Below, one piece after another: positions 13,666 to 26,438 of a DNA stretch of 64,000 nt. The stretch is from Octopus vulgaris (Eukaryota), in contig OX597815.1 in assembly GCA_951406725.2 (NCBI GenBank), positions 185,690,001-185,754,000 on the forward strand, in the 5' to 3' direction. Every line of letters begins with the position of its first letter. Position 1 is the stretch's first letter. Both the position numbers and the translations under genes were made by a program. The notes below the pieces were generated by a model. The model worked only from the letters and a program-made list of their open reading frames with translations, had not been told where the DNA came from and did no database searches.

Positions 13666-13949
13666 ATATATGTGCGTATGTGTATGTATATATATATATA
13701 TGTGTGTGTGTGTAAGTTGTAGTGTCACCTGTAGCAGCCATTTCTCAATTATGCTTTCTTAGAAGTTGTAGTTGATTCTTAGCTACAATAGCAACAACAT
13801 GAATTTTTTCCATCTTCTTATTCTATATAAAAAATATTTAGAAAAAATTATATTAATGTGTCTTTTATGCTGAACCGATAAGTTACAGGGATGTAAACCC
13901 CCCCCCCCCATTGGTTGTCAAGCGATGTTGGGGAGACAAATACAAACAT

Positions 13950-13999
<50 letters not shown>

Positions 14000-15320
14000 G
14001 ACATGCTTCTTTCAGTTTCCGTGTACCAAATCCACTCACAAGGCTTTGGCCGCCCCAAGGCTATAGTAGAAGACACTTGCCCAAGGTGCCATGCAGTGGG
14101 AATGAACCCGGAACCATGTCGTTGGTAAGCAAGCTACTTACCATACAACCACTCCTGGAAGACATTTCACAGTATTTAGAGAGATCATTATGGATTTGCT
14201 ATGACAATTACACACAGATATAAACATTTCCTATATGCATGGTACACACATGGATATTTTTTGAATACTTAAATTTGACATTTGCCTGGTTGGGAATAAG
14301 GAAACGACCTTTACATAAATTTACCACACAGACAAAAATATATCTCTAAGGGACATAATAGCTTGTAAGATGCAGTGAGTTCCACCATATATTAGAGAAT
14401 GTCACCTCAAATCTTACAAGAACATCCATATTAGGAAATGCCAAATGTGTGCCCTTAGGTGTTTGAACAACCTTAGAGATTCAGGTATGCAATTACTTGA
14501 AACTTAAGTGATGTTATGTACGTTTCAAGTACTGTATATAATGATATAACTTATTCTTCTCCACCTATCAAATGCAGCAGTTCATACACCTATACATGTA
14601 TGTGTGGGAGAGGGTGAACGTGCACATACATGTGTGTGCATGTAGATACTATTAGTTAGTCATCGATGAGTCAGAAGAAAAAGCTCACTCAAAAATGTGT
14701 AAAAGTGTGGTTAAATTTATATATCATTGAACAGTGTTACTGGTTATAGTATAGAACTGGTCAGAATGTTATGGTTGGTTTTTCACAGACCATTACACTT
14801 AGTCAATATCATACACACACACACAAATCACCATCATCATCCTTTAACATCCGTTGACCATGCTAACATAGAATGGACAGTTTGCCAAGGGCTGGCAAGC
14901 TGGGAGGCTGCACCAGACTCCAGTTTGATTTGGCATGGTTTCTATAGCTGGATGCTCTTCCAAATGCCAGCAACTCCAAAAGTGCTTTTTACATTCCACC
15001 AACACCAATGCCATTTACATGACATTAGTAATGGCCACAACTACATATATGTGTGTGTGTGCGTGTATACACACACACACATACACAAACACTATTATGT
15101 TGTATTACATTTAGATTTGTATATAGCAGGTGTGGAAAAGTATAAAATAAGCACCAAATTAGTGCTCAGACAGATTAAATTCCTTAAACTCCATCTTCTT
15201 AATCGAAGTAAAGCACTCCAGAAGCAGATGAGTTGTCTAGAAGGGAGAAAATATTTAAACAGATATCAAAATAGCGAGATGACAAACAATTATTGGTGTG
15301 AGGAATGCACTTATATGAGT

Positions 15321-15407
15321 CAGAGAATTGTAAAGAAATACATGGCAAAAAATATCCCTCTGTATGTAGCCTTTGTCAAACTGAAGAAGGCCTTTGACAG
15401 CATCCCT
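15321..15407 (+). pseudogene. Reverse transcriptase fragment (RTE-like)
   Basis: QRIVKKYMAKNIPLYVAFVKLKKAFDSIP corresponds to the RT motif EK....K.LY.AFVDLEKAFD.VP. Confidence 0.65.
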
Positions 15408-15537
15408 TACACAGGGTCCTTGACATTACATCTTAAAGTACATTATAATATGTGTCTCATGCCAATGTACCTTTGCTATAATGAAAGACACTTTATTTGT
15501 ACTTTAACCTAAAGCCTTGTGCCTATGTAATAAATAC

Positions 15538-15764
15538 TTATTTCTTTACTACCCACAAGGGGCTAAACACAGAGGGGACAAACAAGGACAGACAAACGGA
15601 TTAAGTCGATTACATCGAGCCCATTGCATAAGTGGTATTTAATTTATCGACCCCGAAAGGAAGAAAGGCAAAGTCGACCTCGGCGGAATTTGAACACAGA
15701 ACGTAACGGCAGACGAAATACGGCTACGCATTTCGCCCGGTGTGCTAACACTTCTACCAGCTCA
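15538..15764 (-). mobile_element. tRNA-derived SINE with MetaSINE-like central domain and 16-bp TSD
   Basis: Central gtcgactttgcctttcttcctttcggggtcgataaattaa. TSD cctatgtaataaatac at 15522-15537 and 15765-15780. Confidence 0.85.
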
Positions 15765-16899
15765 CCTATGTAATAAATACCATCTACAGATCATCATCAT
15801 CATCGTTTAACATCCATTGTCCATGCTGGCATGGGTTGGATGGTTTAACCAGGACTGGTAAGCTGAAGGGCTGCACCAGACTCCGCTCTGATTTGGCATG
15901 GTTTTCTACAGCTGGTTGCCCTTCCTAACGTCAACCACTCTGAGAGTGTAATGGGTGCTGTTTGCATGACACCTGTATTTGCCAGAACTGCGATTTTGCT
16001 CGGCTTGATGGGGTGGGGGTGGGGAGCTTCTCAATGCCAGCCACTCTGAGAGTGTAATGGGTGTTTTTACATTCCACTGGCACAGGTGCCACTTGCATAT
16101 ACGTCTGTATCTTCCACAACTGCAATTTAGCTCAGCTTGATGAGTTTCCTTCTCAAGCACAATATAATGCTAACAGTCATTGCCTCTGTGAGGCCCAACA
16201 CTCGAAAAGAACTCCACCAGTTTGCCTCTTTGACGCCTAACACTCGAACGGACATGCATGAGAAAATTCTATAGTTTTTGTTGTGGATCAATTTCATATA
16301 ATTCAACATGTTTCAACAGGCTCGTCCATCATTTCTTTAGCATTGATTTATTTTAGCTAAGCACAAAGCAGGACAGTGAGGCTTAAAATATTTACTTCAT
16401 CATTTAACATTGTCCCAAAATCAATTCTAGTAAACTGTAATCATCTGAGGCAAGACCAATTGTATTGAAGCTCATGATGTGCATTTGCACATATATATAT
16501 TTATATATAATATAAGGGTATTTTTCACTCCCTTATGACAAACCACAGTTCTCTTTCTAAGGAACTATTTTTGTAAAACACATGGTAATTTTTGGAGGGA
16601 AAATATGAATTCATTCGTCTATATGGATTTAGCTTGTGCTGACTATCTTTTGCTATCTCCGATAAATCTATAATTTAATGGAATGTTGCGCTGAGGACGG
16701 GAATGAATTATTTATAATTTTAACCCAGAAACACGTCCATAACTAACCGAAAACATTGTTCTTGTTATTTTTCCTTCTTTTTACATATGTGAGTTACATG
16801 TATATGTTATATGTGGAGTTATATTTGTAGAAAATAGAAATAAGTAGTTTTTGACTGCTATTTCTAAATTTTCGGTATGTGGCTAAGCAACCTGTTGCT

Positions 16900-16949
<50 letters not shown>

Positions 16950-18034
16950 AATTATTATTTTACTTAAGCATAGTGATACCAACAACCTAGTGGTTAGAAC
17001 TCAATACAACAATGTTTCAGAACAAATCATCAGTCAAGTACAGAGCAGGAATAATAAATTAGAATGACAAAGGAATAGGAAATTATGTCATGATCTTCAT
17101 TAGCTTACAGCTGTTTCATTTCACTCTAAAAGAGGCTCCTGCTTTTCAAACTCCCTGCTTCATTTCCTGCATATGCTTATGCTTTTCTGGGGATATACAT
17201 AAACACACATGTTTTTGCAAGCAAAATTGCTCTTCAAGTTGAAGTTCTGATGAAGCTATGAGGTGATACATAAGCACTCAACTATGAATATATATATCTT
17301 ATTTCCATATCATTTTAATTTCTTGCATCTATATACCTATGCACAATTACAGATGTAGATTAGAGAACAGTCTAGTCAATTAAAAAAAAACTGGAAAAAA
17401 AGATCAGTGCTCTTCAAATGATATCATTTGCATCAATTAATTAACGATGGATTTAAAAGTGAGTTGGACTCTCTCCTCACCACTCCCACAAATTGGTCAC
17501 ATGAAAACATGCAACTTACAATACAATTGTTCAACAATTTAAATACATATTAAAATATAATAAAGTACATAAACTTAGTGGGTAAAATAAAAAGAAATTG
17601 TATAATATTCACATTGGCATTCTAAGCTTATATCAGATCAATTGATTTCAATACGGAATTGACCACAAGCCTGTCTGATGGCACAATGGGGTTAAATGAG
17701 ATCATTTGTTTTCTGTACAGAATTGGTCACAAATGAAATTAAATGGTTTCAACATATTTGAAATTAAATCAGAGATTTGTGTCACTGGCCAATTATCTAT
17801 TGTTCTGAAATCCAGTTCTCTACCTAAAGCACAAGGCTAAGTTTTATCATAATGTTGTTAAGCTTGATTAAATTCGTATCCTGAAGAGAGAAGAATCAGG
17901 TATTTGGAACTGATTGCTCTTTGGAATGAAAATTCATTTTCCAACAAGGAAAAGTTTTTCCGAAGAAATTGAAATATGTATTTTTCTTCTATATCTGCTA
18001 ATGCAGAGTATTAACAGTTTCTTCAGAACAAGCA

Positions 18035-18540
18035 ATCATCATCATCATCATCGTTTAACATCCGTTTTCCATGCTAGCATGAATTGGACGATTCGACCAG
18101 GGGCTGGGAAGCCAGGAGGCTGCACCAGGCTCCAGTCTGATCTGGCAGTGTTTCTACAGCTGGATGCCCTTCCTAATGCCAACCACTCCATGAGTGTGGT
18201 GGGTGCTTTTTACGTGCCACCAGCACAGGTGCCAGGTGAGGCTGGCAATGGCCATGAATGGTTGGTGCTTTTTACATGCCACCGGCATGGAGGTCAGTCG
18301 AGGTGGCACTGGCAACGGCCACGTTCAGATTGATCTTTTTATGTGCCACCGGCACTGGTATCACAACTACAATTTCCATTGAGTTTTTGATCGATTTTGA
18401 TTTCGCTTGCCTCAACAGGTCTTCACAAGCAGAGTTTTGGGTCCCAAGAAGGAAAGATATGCATAAGTGGACTGGCTACATCCCAGGTAAAGGCCACAGG
18501 TTATGGTCTCATTTGTCCTGCCAGGTCTTCTCACACAATG
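18035..18540 (-). mobile_element. 5'-truncated RTE LINE 3' end; longest member of the (CAT)n-tailed family. Other copies at ~1-92, 5452-5780, 8150-8295, 11024-11165, 14833-15040, 15790-16250, 21340-21595, 24940-25146, 30580-30835, 32357-32610, 44410-44521
   Basis: Shared sequence catcatcgtttaacgtccg.tttccatgctagcatgggttggac...tttctacagctggatgcccttcctaa. Longer copies run into apparent ORF2-terminal codons (e.g. LGLTEAMT near 16180). Confidence 0.8.
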
Positions 18541-19496
18541 TATCTTGTAAATTTAGTACTGGTGAGGCATAGTTTATTTTGTATCAACTTAATATCATAC
18601 AGGCAGGTAATTAGGCCCCCAGATAAAAGAAACATAATGTTGATCATAATCAGATTTGAACTTTTGATGTAAGGGGCTGAATCTATGTATTGTATTAACT
18701 TTTAGTCAAAATGGATCATCCTAGTAATTAAAGCAACTGTAAGACATTTTAGGCTGAATCAGAAGCCCCACTTTCTGAGGATTGATCATGTACATTGGCA
18801 CAAGTCCATAAGATTGATGGAAATGGACATGGTTGATTTAACTGGCTTTCAGTATGCTTGATGTTTATTCAAGACTGTCAGGATATATTCCTAGAACACT
18901 GGGAATATCTATCTTGATATTCTGTTGAATTACTGATACAGTGGAAATGGGTAAACCTCATGTTGAAGTCAGGTCAGAATGAAGAATAAAGCAGCCAATC
19001 AGAATAAAATTTTGCTGTCAATGCAGTATTAGTTTATGTACAAATGTCTACTTAAAGATGAGGTGTTTCTTTTTTATTATTTTTCTGGTGATTTTTTTTT
19101 TTTTTTTACTATGAAGGGAAGCAACGAAGCATGTTTGGTGAAGGAAGGCAAATACTGAGGATGTTCTCAAGAGCAGAAATACTGCAGGAATTAAAATACT
19201 GTGATGGGGGATGAATGGGAATTTAATCAAATATATCACAAACATGATTTAGAATTGGTTAAAATGCATGGAAATTTTGAAGCTGAAAATGAGATTGGAG
19301 GTGATGTTTGCACTTCACAAATTGAAAATCAAAACAATATACCTAAAAAAAATTTAAAAAATAGAAAACTGGCATGCCAAAGAAAAATACTGGAATTAGA
19401 ATGAAGATATGTCAATTTTAAGAAAGGACCAAAGTTTTTTGTTTTAATCATGTTATTTCCAATAAATCTATTTCTACAGTTCGATATTTGAAAGAT

Positions 19497-19745
19497 GAGG
19501 AATTATGTACATTGTTTACATTTGATGGATATTTGTCCTCATCTTATTTGTTGTTAACACAACATTTCAAGCTGATATACCCTCCAGCCTTCAACAGGTG
19601 TCTTGGGGGAAATTTCAAACCTGGGTTCTCATTCCTAAGGTATATAATTATAATTATTATTATTATTATTATTATCATTATTATTCAGGTCACTGCTTGG
19701 AATCAAACTCGGAATCTTGGGGTTAGTAGCCTGCGCTCTTAACCA
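19497..19745 (-). mobile_element. tRNA-like head + (AAT)n + Penelope-type hammerhead module (second copy)
   Basis: Minus strand: tggttaagagcgcaggctactaaccccaagattccgagtttgattcc...gacctg-(aat)n-ataccttaggaatgagaacccagg...cacctgttgaaggctggagggtatatcagcttgaaatgttgtgtt. Confidence 0.7.
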
Positions 19746-19750
19746 TCCAA

Positions 19751-20160
19751 CACACCTGATGAAGGTTGGAAGGTATATCACTTACACATGTACATATATT
19801 TTATGCATTGAGAATCAGATATTTTTAACAGAATTTTACATAACAAAAAAAAGGCGGCAAGCTGGCAGAAACGTTAGCACGCCGGGCGAAATGCTTAGCG
19901 GTATTTCGTCTGCGTTACGTTGTGAGTTCAAATTCCGCCGAGGTCGACTTTGCCTTTTATCCTTTCGGGGTCGATAAATTAAGTACCAGTTACGCACTGG
20001 GTCAATGTAATCGACTTAATACCTATGTCTGTCCTTGTTTGTCCCCTATGTGTTTAGCCCCTTGTGGGTAATAAAGAAATAGGTATATCAGCTGAAATGT
20101 TGTGTTAACATCAAACAAGATGAGGACAAATATCCATCAAATGTAAATAATGTAAATACA
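19751..20160 (+). mobile_element. Inverted third copy of the hammerhead module, split by a 300-bp insertion (19781-20080)
   Basis: cacacctgatgaaggttgga-aggtatatca [insert] aggtatatca-gctgaaatgttgtgttaac. The 10-bp direct repeat lies at 19771-19780 and 20081-20090. Confidence 0.75.
19852..20080 (+). mobile_element. MetaSINE-like SINE, young copy
   Basis: ggcggcaagctggcagaaacgttagc...gagttcaaattccgccgaggtcgactttgccttttatcctttcggggtcgataaattaagtaccag. Confidence 0.85.
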
Positions 20161-20398
20161 TGATTTAATTCAAAACAATGTGAATAAACAAGGCGAACAT
20201 CTCACAGAGAAATCTCAATACAAAAGGGTTAAACTAACAAAGAACAGTGACAAAAACTAAATACTATAAAGTATGGAAATATCTCCCCACAGCCTGCAGT
20301 ATTTGTAATGTTTCATTGCTTACATAAAATGTAAGGCTGTCATTGTTTTATTGTTACATAAAAATGCACCAATAAATTGGATATCTGCCAGCATCACC

Positions 20399-20630
20399 AC
20401 ATTATTATTATTATTATTGTTGTTGTTATTATTATTGTTATTATTGTTATTATTATTATCATTATTATTATTGTTATTGTTATTATTATTATTGTTATTA
20501 TTATTATTATTATTATGGTTATTATTATTATTATTGTTATTATTATTATTATTGTTATTATTATTATTTTTATTATTATTATCATTATTATTATTATTAT
20601 TATTGTTATTATTATTATTATTACTGTTAT
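20399..20630. repeat. (ATT/GTT)n microsatellite
   Basis: Read directly. Confidence 0.95.
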
Positions 20631-20970
20631 TGCCCTCATGCTTGTAGCAGAATGTAAATATCTGCCTGGTGTGTAAACATATACTGCAATCATTATATAC
20701 AGAATCAACAACTTCTCTTGTCTCTGTATATCTACTAAATAATGCGGGTTTTTTTTTTTGCTTTTGCCTGATAAAGAATTGAAATACAAATCGAACCTTT
20801 AAAAACCAACTAGACTGATCTATCGTCTCTTAATATATGTGTGTTAGAAAGAGAGTACTGTTCCCAGAACACACACATACCTACCTACCATGTATACATA
20901 TATATATATACATGCATACTTACACATACAAAACATACACATATAAGTTATTATTCATACAAACATATAG

Positions 20971-21003
<33 letters not shown>

Positions 21004-22204
21004 TATATACACACTTACATATACAAAACATGCACATATATATATATATATATATACGATGGGCTTCTTTCAGTCTCCGTCTGCCAAATCCACTCACAAG
21101 GCATTGGTCAGCCTGAGGCTATAGTAGAAGACACTTGCCCAAGGTGCCACGCAGTGGGACTGAACCTGGAACCATGTGGTTAGCAAGCAAGCTATTTACC
21201 ACACAGCCACTCCAACATCTCTCTCTCTCTCTATATATATATATACATGGTCCAACCCATGCTAGCATGGAAAGTGGACGCTAAACGATGATGATGATAT
21301 ACACACACATGCACATATATACACATATACATATATACATCATTATCATTTAACATCCATTGTCCATGCTGGCATGGGTTCGACAGTTTGACTAGGGCTG
21401 GCAAGCTAGAAGGCTGCACCACACTCCAGTCTGATTTGGCATAGTTTTCTATGGCTTGATGCCCTTCCTAACACCAACCACTCCAAGAGTGTAATGGGTG
21501 CCATTTGCATGACACCAATATCTACTACAACTATGATTTCACTTGGCTTGATGGGTCTTCTTCCCAAGCACGATTTGATGCCAAACAGTCTCGCTCATAT
21601 ATGAGCATATATATATTTACATATACACACTCACTTATACATGCATATATATTTTGTGCATTGAGAATCAGATATTTTTAACAGAATTTTACATAACAAA
21701 ACCCTTATTCCTATTGTATTCCACAAAAATGGTTTAACCACCATTTAGCTTTTATCTCAAAAGAATTAAGCAAGAATTAATGCAAAAACAATTTCATCCT
21801 AGCTAACATATTTCCCAGACATAAAGGTAACAGATTTCTATTTATCATCTCCTTACATGATTCCAGTCAAAGAAAACAAAACAAAAAAAAAAACAAAAAA
21901 ATAATGGCAAAGAGAAGATGAAATAATGAACCTAGGTATGTTTGTTAGTTTTCACATTAATTTATAATATTCCTCAAATGGAGAAGAATACTGTGGTTGT
22001 TTGTTCTCAGTCATAGACTTGCATTTATTTGTGCTGCTTTAAATAATGGGTCAGAGTGATTATGGAAGATGTTGTTGTTGCTGCTATTGTTGTTGTTGTT
22101 GTTGTCGCTGTAACTGCTTTCCAATTTTTCAAAGAGAACTGTTGAAGCTGAAGGATGTGGAAGACAGAAATAAACCTACATGCATTAATGTACACACACA
22201 CACA

Positions 22205-22431
22205 TTATATATGTGTGTGTGTGTATATGTATATATATAGTGTGTATATGTATATATATATAGTGTGTATATGTATATATATAGTGTGTATATGTATATA
22301 TATATATATATAGTAGTATATGTATATATATATATATATAGTGTGTATATGTATATATATATAGTGTGTATATGTATATATATATATATATATGTGTGTA
22401 TATGTATATATATATGTATAGTGTGTATATG

Positions 22432-22465
<34 letters not shown>

Positions 22466-22568
22466 TATAGTGTGTATATGTATATATATATATATGTATA
22501 TATATATGTGTGTATATATATATGTATATATATATGTATGTATATATATATGTATATATATATGTATG

Positions 22569-22601
<33 letters not shown>

Positions 22602-22678
22602 GTATATATATATGTGTGTATATATGTGTATATATATATGTGTATATATATGTATATGTGTGTGTATATATGCATGTG

Positions 22679-22713
<35 letters not shown>

Positions 22714-22776
22714 GTATATATGTGTATATATATATGTATATATGTGTATATATATATGTATATATATATGTATATA

Positions 22777-22827
<51 letters not shown>

Positions 22828-22840
22828 ATATATATATACA
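22205..22840. repeat. Compound (TA)n/(TG)n microsatellite
   Basis: Read directly. Confidence 0.95.
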
Positions 22841-25800
22841 TGCAGAGACATGCATTGAATCACATGCATCTAATGATATATTCTTTGCGTTGAGCTTATA
22901 TAAATGCTAATGTGTATTTTAATGAGCATGGGCAAAAAAAAAAAAAAGAAAGATAAAGGAGAAATAAAGAAACGGAAAGAGAAAAAAAGAAAGATTGAAA
23001 TGCTTGATAGTAACAGTCGCTGCAGCATCTGCAGCAGCCAGAAAAAAACAAAACAGAACCTGATAATGAGTAGATTTCAACGAAAGATCTCACACATGAT
23101 TCTTTGTAGCAAAATAAATAAATAAAAGTTAAAATAAAAAAAAAAGCCAAAATAAAGGAAGAAAATCAGAAAAAGAAAATCTTGAGATATGTCTAAGATT
23201 CTGAATTCTGCTGAAATATATCACCTAATTAATACATCTAAGATCATTGGGAGAAATAAGTGCTTTTCACTGATGTGTTTTTTATTTCTCCATCTCCTTG
23301 AAACTTATATATGCTGGGGGTTGGTACTGTCTGTGTCTTCCTAGTAAATCTTTGGCCATTAGCTGATGTAATAAATCATTGTTATCATAGTCAGAGTATA
23401 ACTTTAAGAAAAGAACTGGCAAGTTTTCTGCTGCTATGGATGCAAAAGCATGGCCAGACTCAAGCTGGTCGTCCAAACTCAACTTAAGCAGGTCAGGTTA
23501 CCAGAAATACTGGATGCCTCTCCCAAGACCTTCCTTCATGAATGCAGGACTGAGATGAATGGCACTGTGCAGGACAAAAATGTCCAAGCAAGCTCAACCA
23601 GATAATGATGATGATTCTGGTTTGGATGATGGAATAATGTAGCAAGGCACCAGACTGAATTTCATTATTGAATTTAGTCTCATAACTCCAGGTTTCATGC
23701 ACAAACCCTACCTGAGCTGAGTTTTACCTTTCACATCATATGCATTCAAAGTGGGACTGTAGTTGAAGACCCTTGTCCACAGTGCTATGCAGAAGGACTG
23801 AACCTAAAGATTTTTCTTTTCTTTTACTTGTTTCAGTCGTTTGACTGTGGCCATGCTGGAGCACCACCTTTAGTCAAACAAATCAAACCCCAGGATTCCT
23901 TGTAAGCCTAGTACTTATTCTATCAGTCTCTTTTGTGGAACTACCATCGGTTGTCACAGACACACACACACACATATGACAGGCTTCTTTCAGTTTCCAT
24001 CAACCAAATCCACTCACAAGGCTTTGGTCAGCCCGGGGATATAGTAGAAGACACTTACCCAAGGTGTCACACACTGAGACTGAACCCAGAACCATGTGGT
24101 TGGTAAGCAAGCTGCTTACCACACAGCCCACCTTCAATTCAGCAGGCTTACGATCAAAGTTATTCCAGATTTTTTTTTTTTTTTTTTGCATAGGTTTATG
24201 TCTGGGATCATGTTTGGAAAATTCTCAGTAAGAAATTTTACCATATTGGAAAATTCACTTAATGGACTATGATAAAGCATATTATATCGGTATTTTTTTA
24301 AATAATGAAAAAAAGATAAATGGTTATTTTTAATTCAAGCATTAAACAGGCAAGTCTTTATTCAACATCAAACATTAAAAAACATGATGGGGTGATTTAA
24401 AACTAAATTTCTAACAGTGAATTTTCCTACAGCAAAAATATTTGCAAATGAAATATCCTGTAACTATCGGAGATGGCATTATTCAATGAGCGGCTTTACT
24501 TTCCCAAGACAATAAAGTTGGCTGATATTTCTAGCAAGAGAGGCAACCACATAGCAGCTCTCTATACCAAAGTTCTTTAGTAAAATGAATGGCAGTTGTT
24601 GTTGAGTCACCCCACTTGAGCTGTGGTTGAGCAGACCTATGATAAAAAGCATTCCAGCTGTGACTGTTCCATCTGTTTCCTATATGCAAAAAACTCTAGA
24701 ACCATTTGATATATTCCAATTGGCAGAGTCAGTAGAATATCATATAAAATGCCTGGTGTTATGTGTTTTGACCCTTTAGGCTCTGAGTTCAAATCCTACG
24801 AAAGTAAAGTTTGCTTTTATCCTTTCAGGATAAAAAAGTACTAATACAAGATAGTATATTGATAAAACTGTAAGCTATAAGAGTATCGCACCATATGCCT
24901 TGCTAGATTCGGTTGGGATCCATGCATTCTGAGTTCAAATCATCATCATCGCTTAGTGTCTGCTTTCCATGCTAGCATGGGTTGGACAATTTGACTGAGG
25001 ACTGGCAAGCCAGAAGGTTGCACCAGGCACCAATCTGATCTGACAAAGTTTCTCCAGCTGGATGCCCTTCCTAATGCATTGACCATGTTCGGATGGTGCT
25101 TTCTATGTGTCACTGGCACAGGAGTCAGTCAGGTGGCACTGGCACAAATCCTAACATGAAATTCCTCCTCATATATTAGAAGCCTATGGCAGAATCCATT
25201 TTGTTGTAAACATTTGAGCCAGGCCTCCAATTTGTAGATGCCTTCCTCCTTCCTTTCCACCAGACTTAGAGACTCTGAAAAGGGTCAGTCAGGATCTTGC
25301 TTTCCCGTCAACTAAAAAAAAATTAAGAATATTGAGGGAAATTTAGTTTTTGTTTCATGAAAGTCAAGCGACCATCCCACTTAGTGGCTCAGTAGGTACC
25401 TGTCATATACTTGGGTCACTAACCAACACTGCCCTTCTTGCCAAGTATGTGACTCTGTGACAAAGAGAGAAATTATTTGGTTGCTACGGAAAGTTTTGTT
25501 TGCAGGCCTTTTCTTTGAATCTGTCATTATGGTAGAATGTTTGTATCTTCTTGGCAAACTCCATGCATCTGCATTGAATTCTAACAAATTTATGACAACC
25601 ATATATTTTGCGTGTGTGTGTGTTTTTGTTCTACATCCCATTAGCTATCATTATTCATTCAAAGTGGGACTATAGTTGAAGACCCTTGTTCAAAGTGCTA
25701 TGCAGAGGGACTGAACCTAAAGCAGACCTCATAACCACACAGCTATGCTTCATCTTCACATGATTAATGCTCAGAGTTGTATTGAAACAGCACATTGTTA

Positions 25801-26046
25801 ATGTGCTAATAAATTATTAATTATTGATTACCAAGAATGCATTATATATATGCAAATTGATCTATCCAGTTTACTTAAGCCTTAGTAATTCGAGAATTTG
25901 TAGTATCTCTGCGGACCATTAAGGATGGTACTTGATCGCTGATAAAATCCCAAAACGGGACTGAAACTGATCCGGTCACCTCCTTTCACCTGTCCATAAA
26001 GATATTATGTTTACAAAGTGTCTACATGTCCCTTACGTACAGTGTT

Positions 26047-26438
26047 ACTCTTTTACTTGTTTCAGTCATTTGACTGCAGCCATGCTGGAGCACCGCCTTT
26101 AGTCAAGCAAATCGACCCCGGGACTTATTCTTTGTAAGCCTAGTACTTATTCTATCGGTCTCTTTTGCCGAACCGCTAAGTGACGGGGACGTAAACACAC
26201 CAGCATCAGTTGTCAAGTAATGCTGGGAGGATGAACACAGACACACAAACACATACACATAAATATATATATACATATATACGACAGGCTTCTTTCAGTT
26301 TCCGTCTACCAAATCCACTCACAAGGCTTTGGTTGGCCTGAGGCTATAGTAGAAGACACTTGCCCCAGGTGCCACACTGTGGGACTGAACCCGGAACCAT
26401 GTGGTTCATAAGCAAGCTACTTAAAACACAGCCACTCT
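26047..26438 (-). mobile_element. Same microsatellite-bearing SINE family. Other copies or halves at ~5800-6125, 12820-13030, 13865-14156, 21058-21212, 23820-24131, 28807-28970, 33690-33945, 40655-40800, 46775-46950, 52215-52580, 53293-53423
   Basis: Reverse complement of 42762-43210. Confidence 0.85.

Noticed and set aside
23280-23700. Possible ancient LINE remnants (RTE-X-like here, endonuclease-like at 3300-3800, zf-RVT-like at 49873-50208)
   Set aside because: Only faint motif echoes; they cannot be supported without a profile search.
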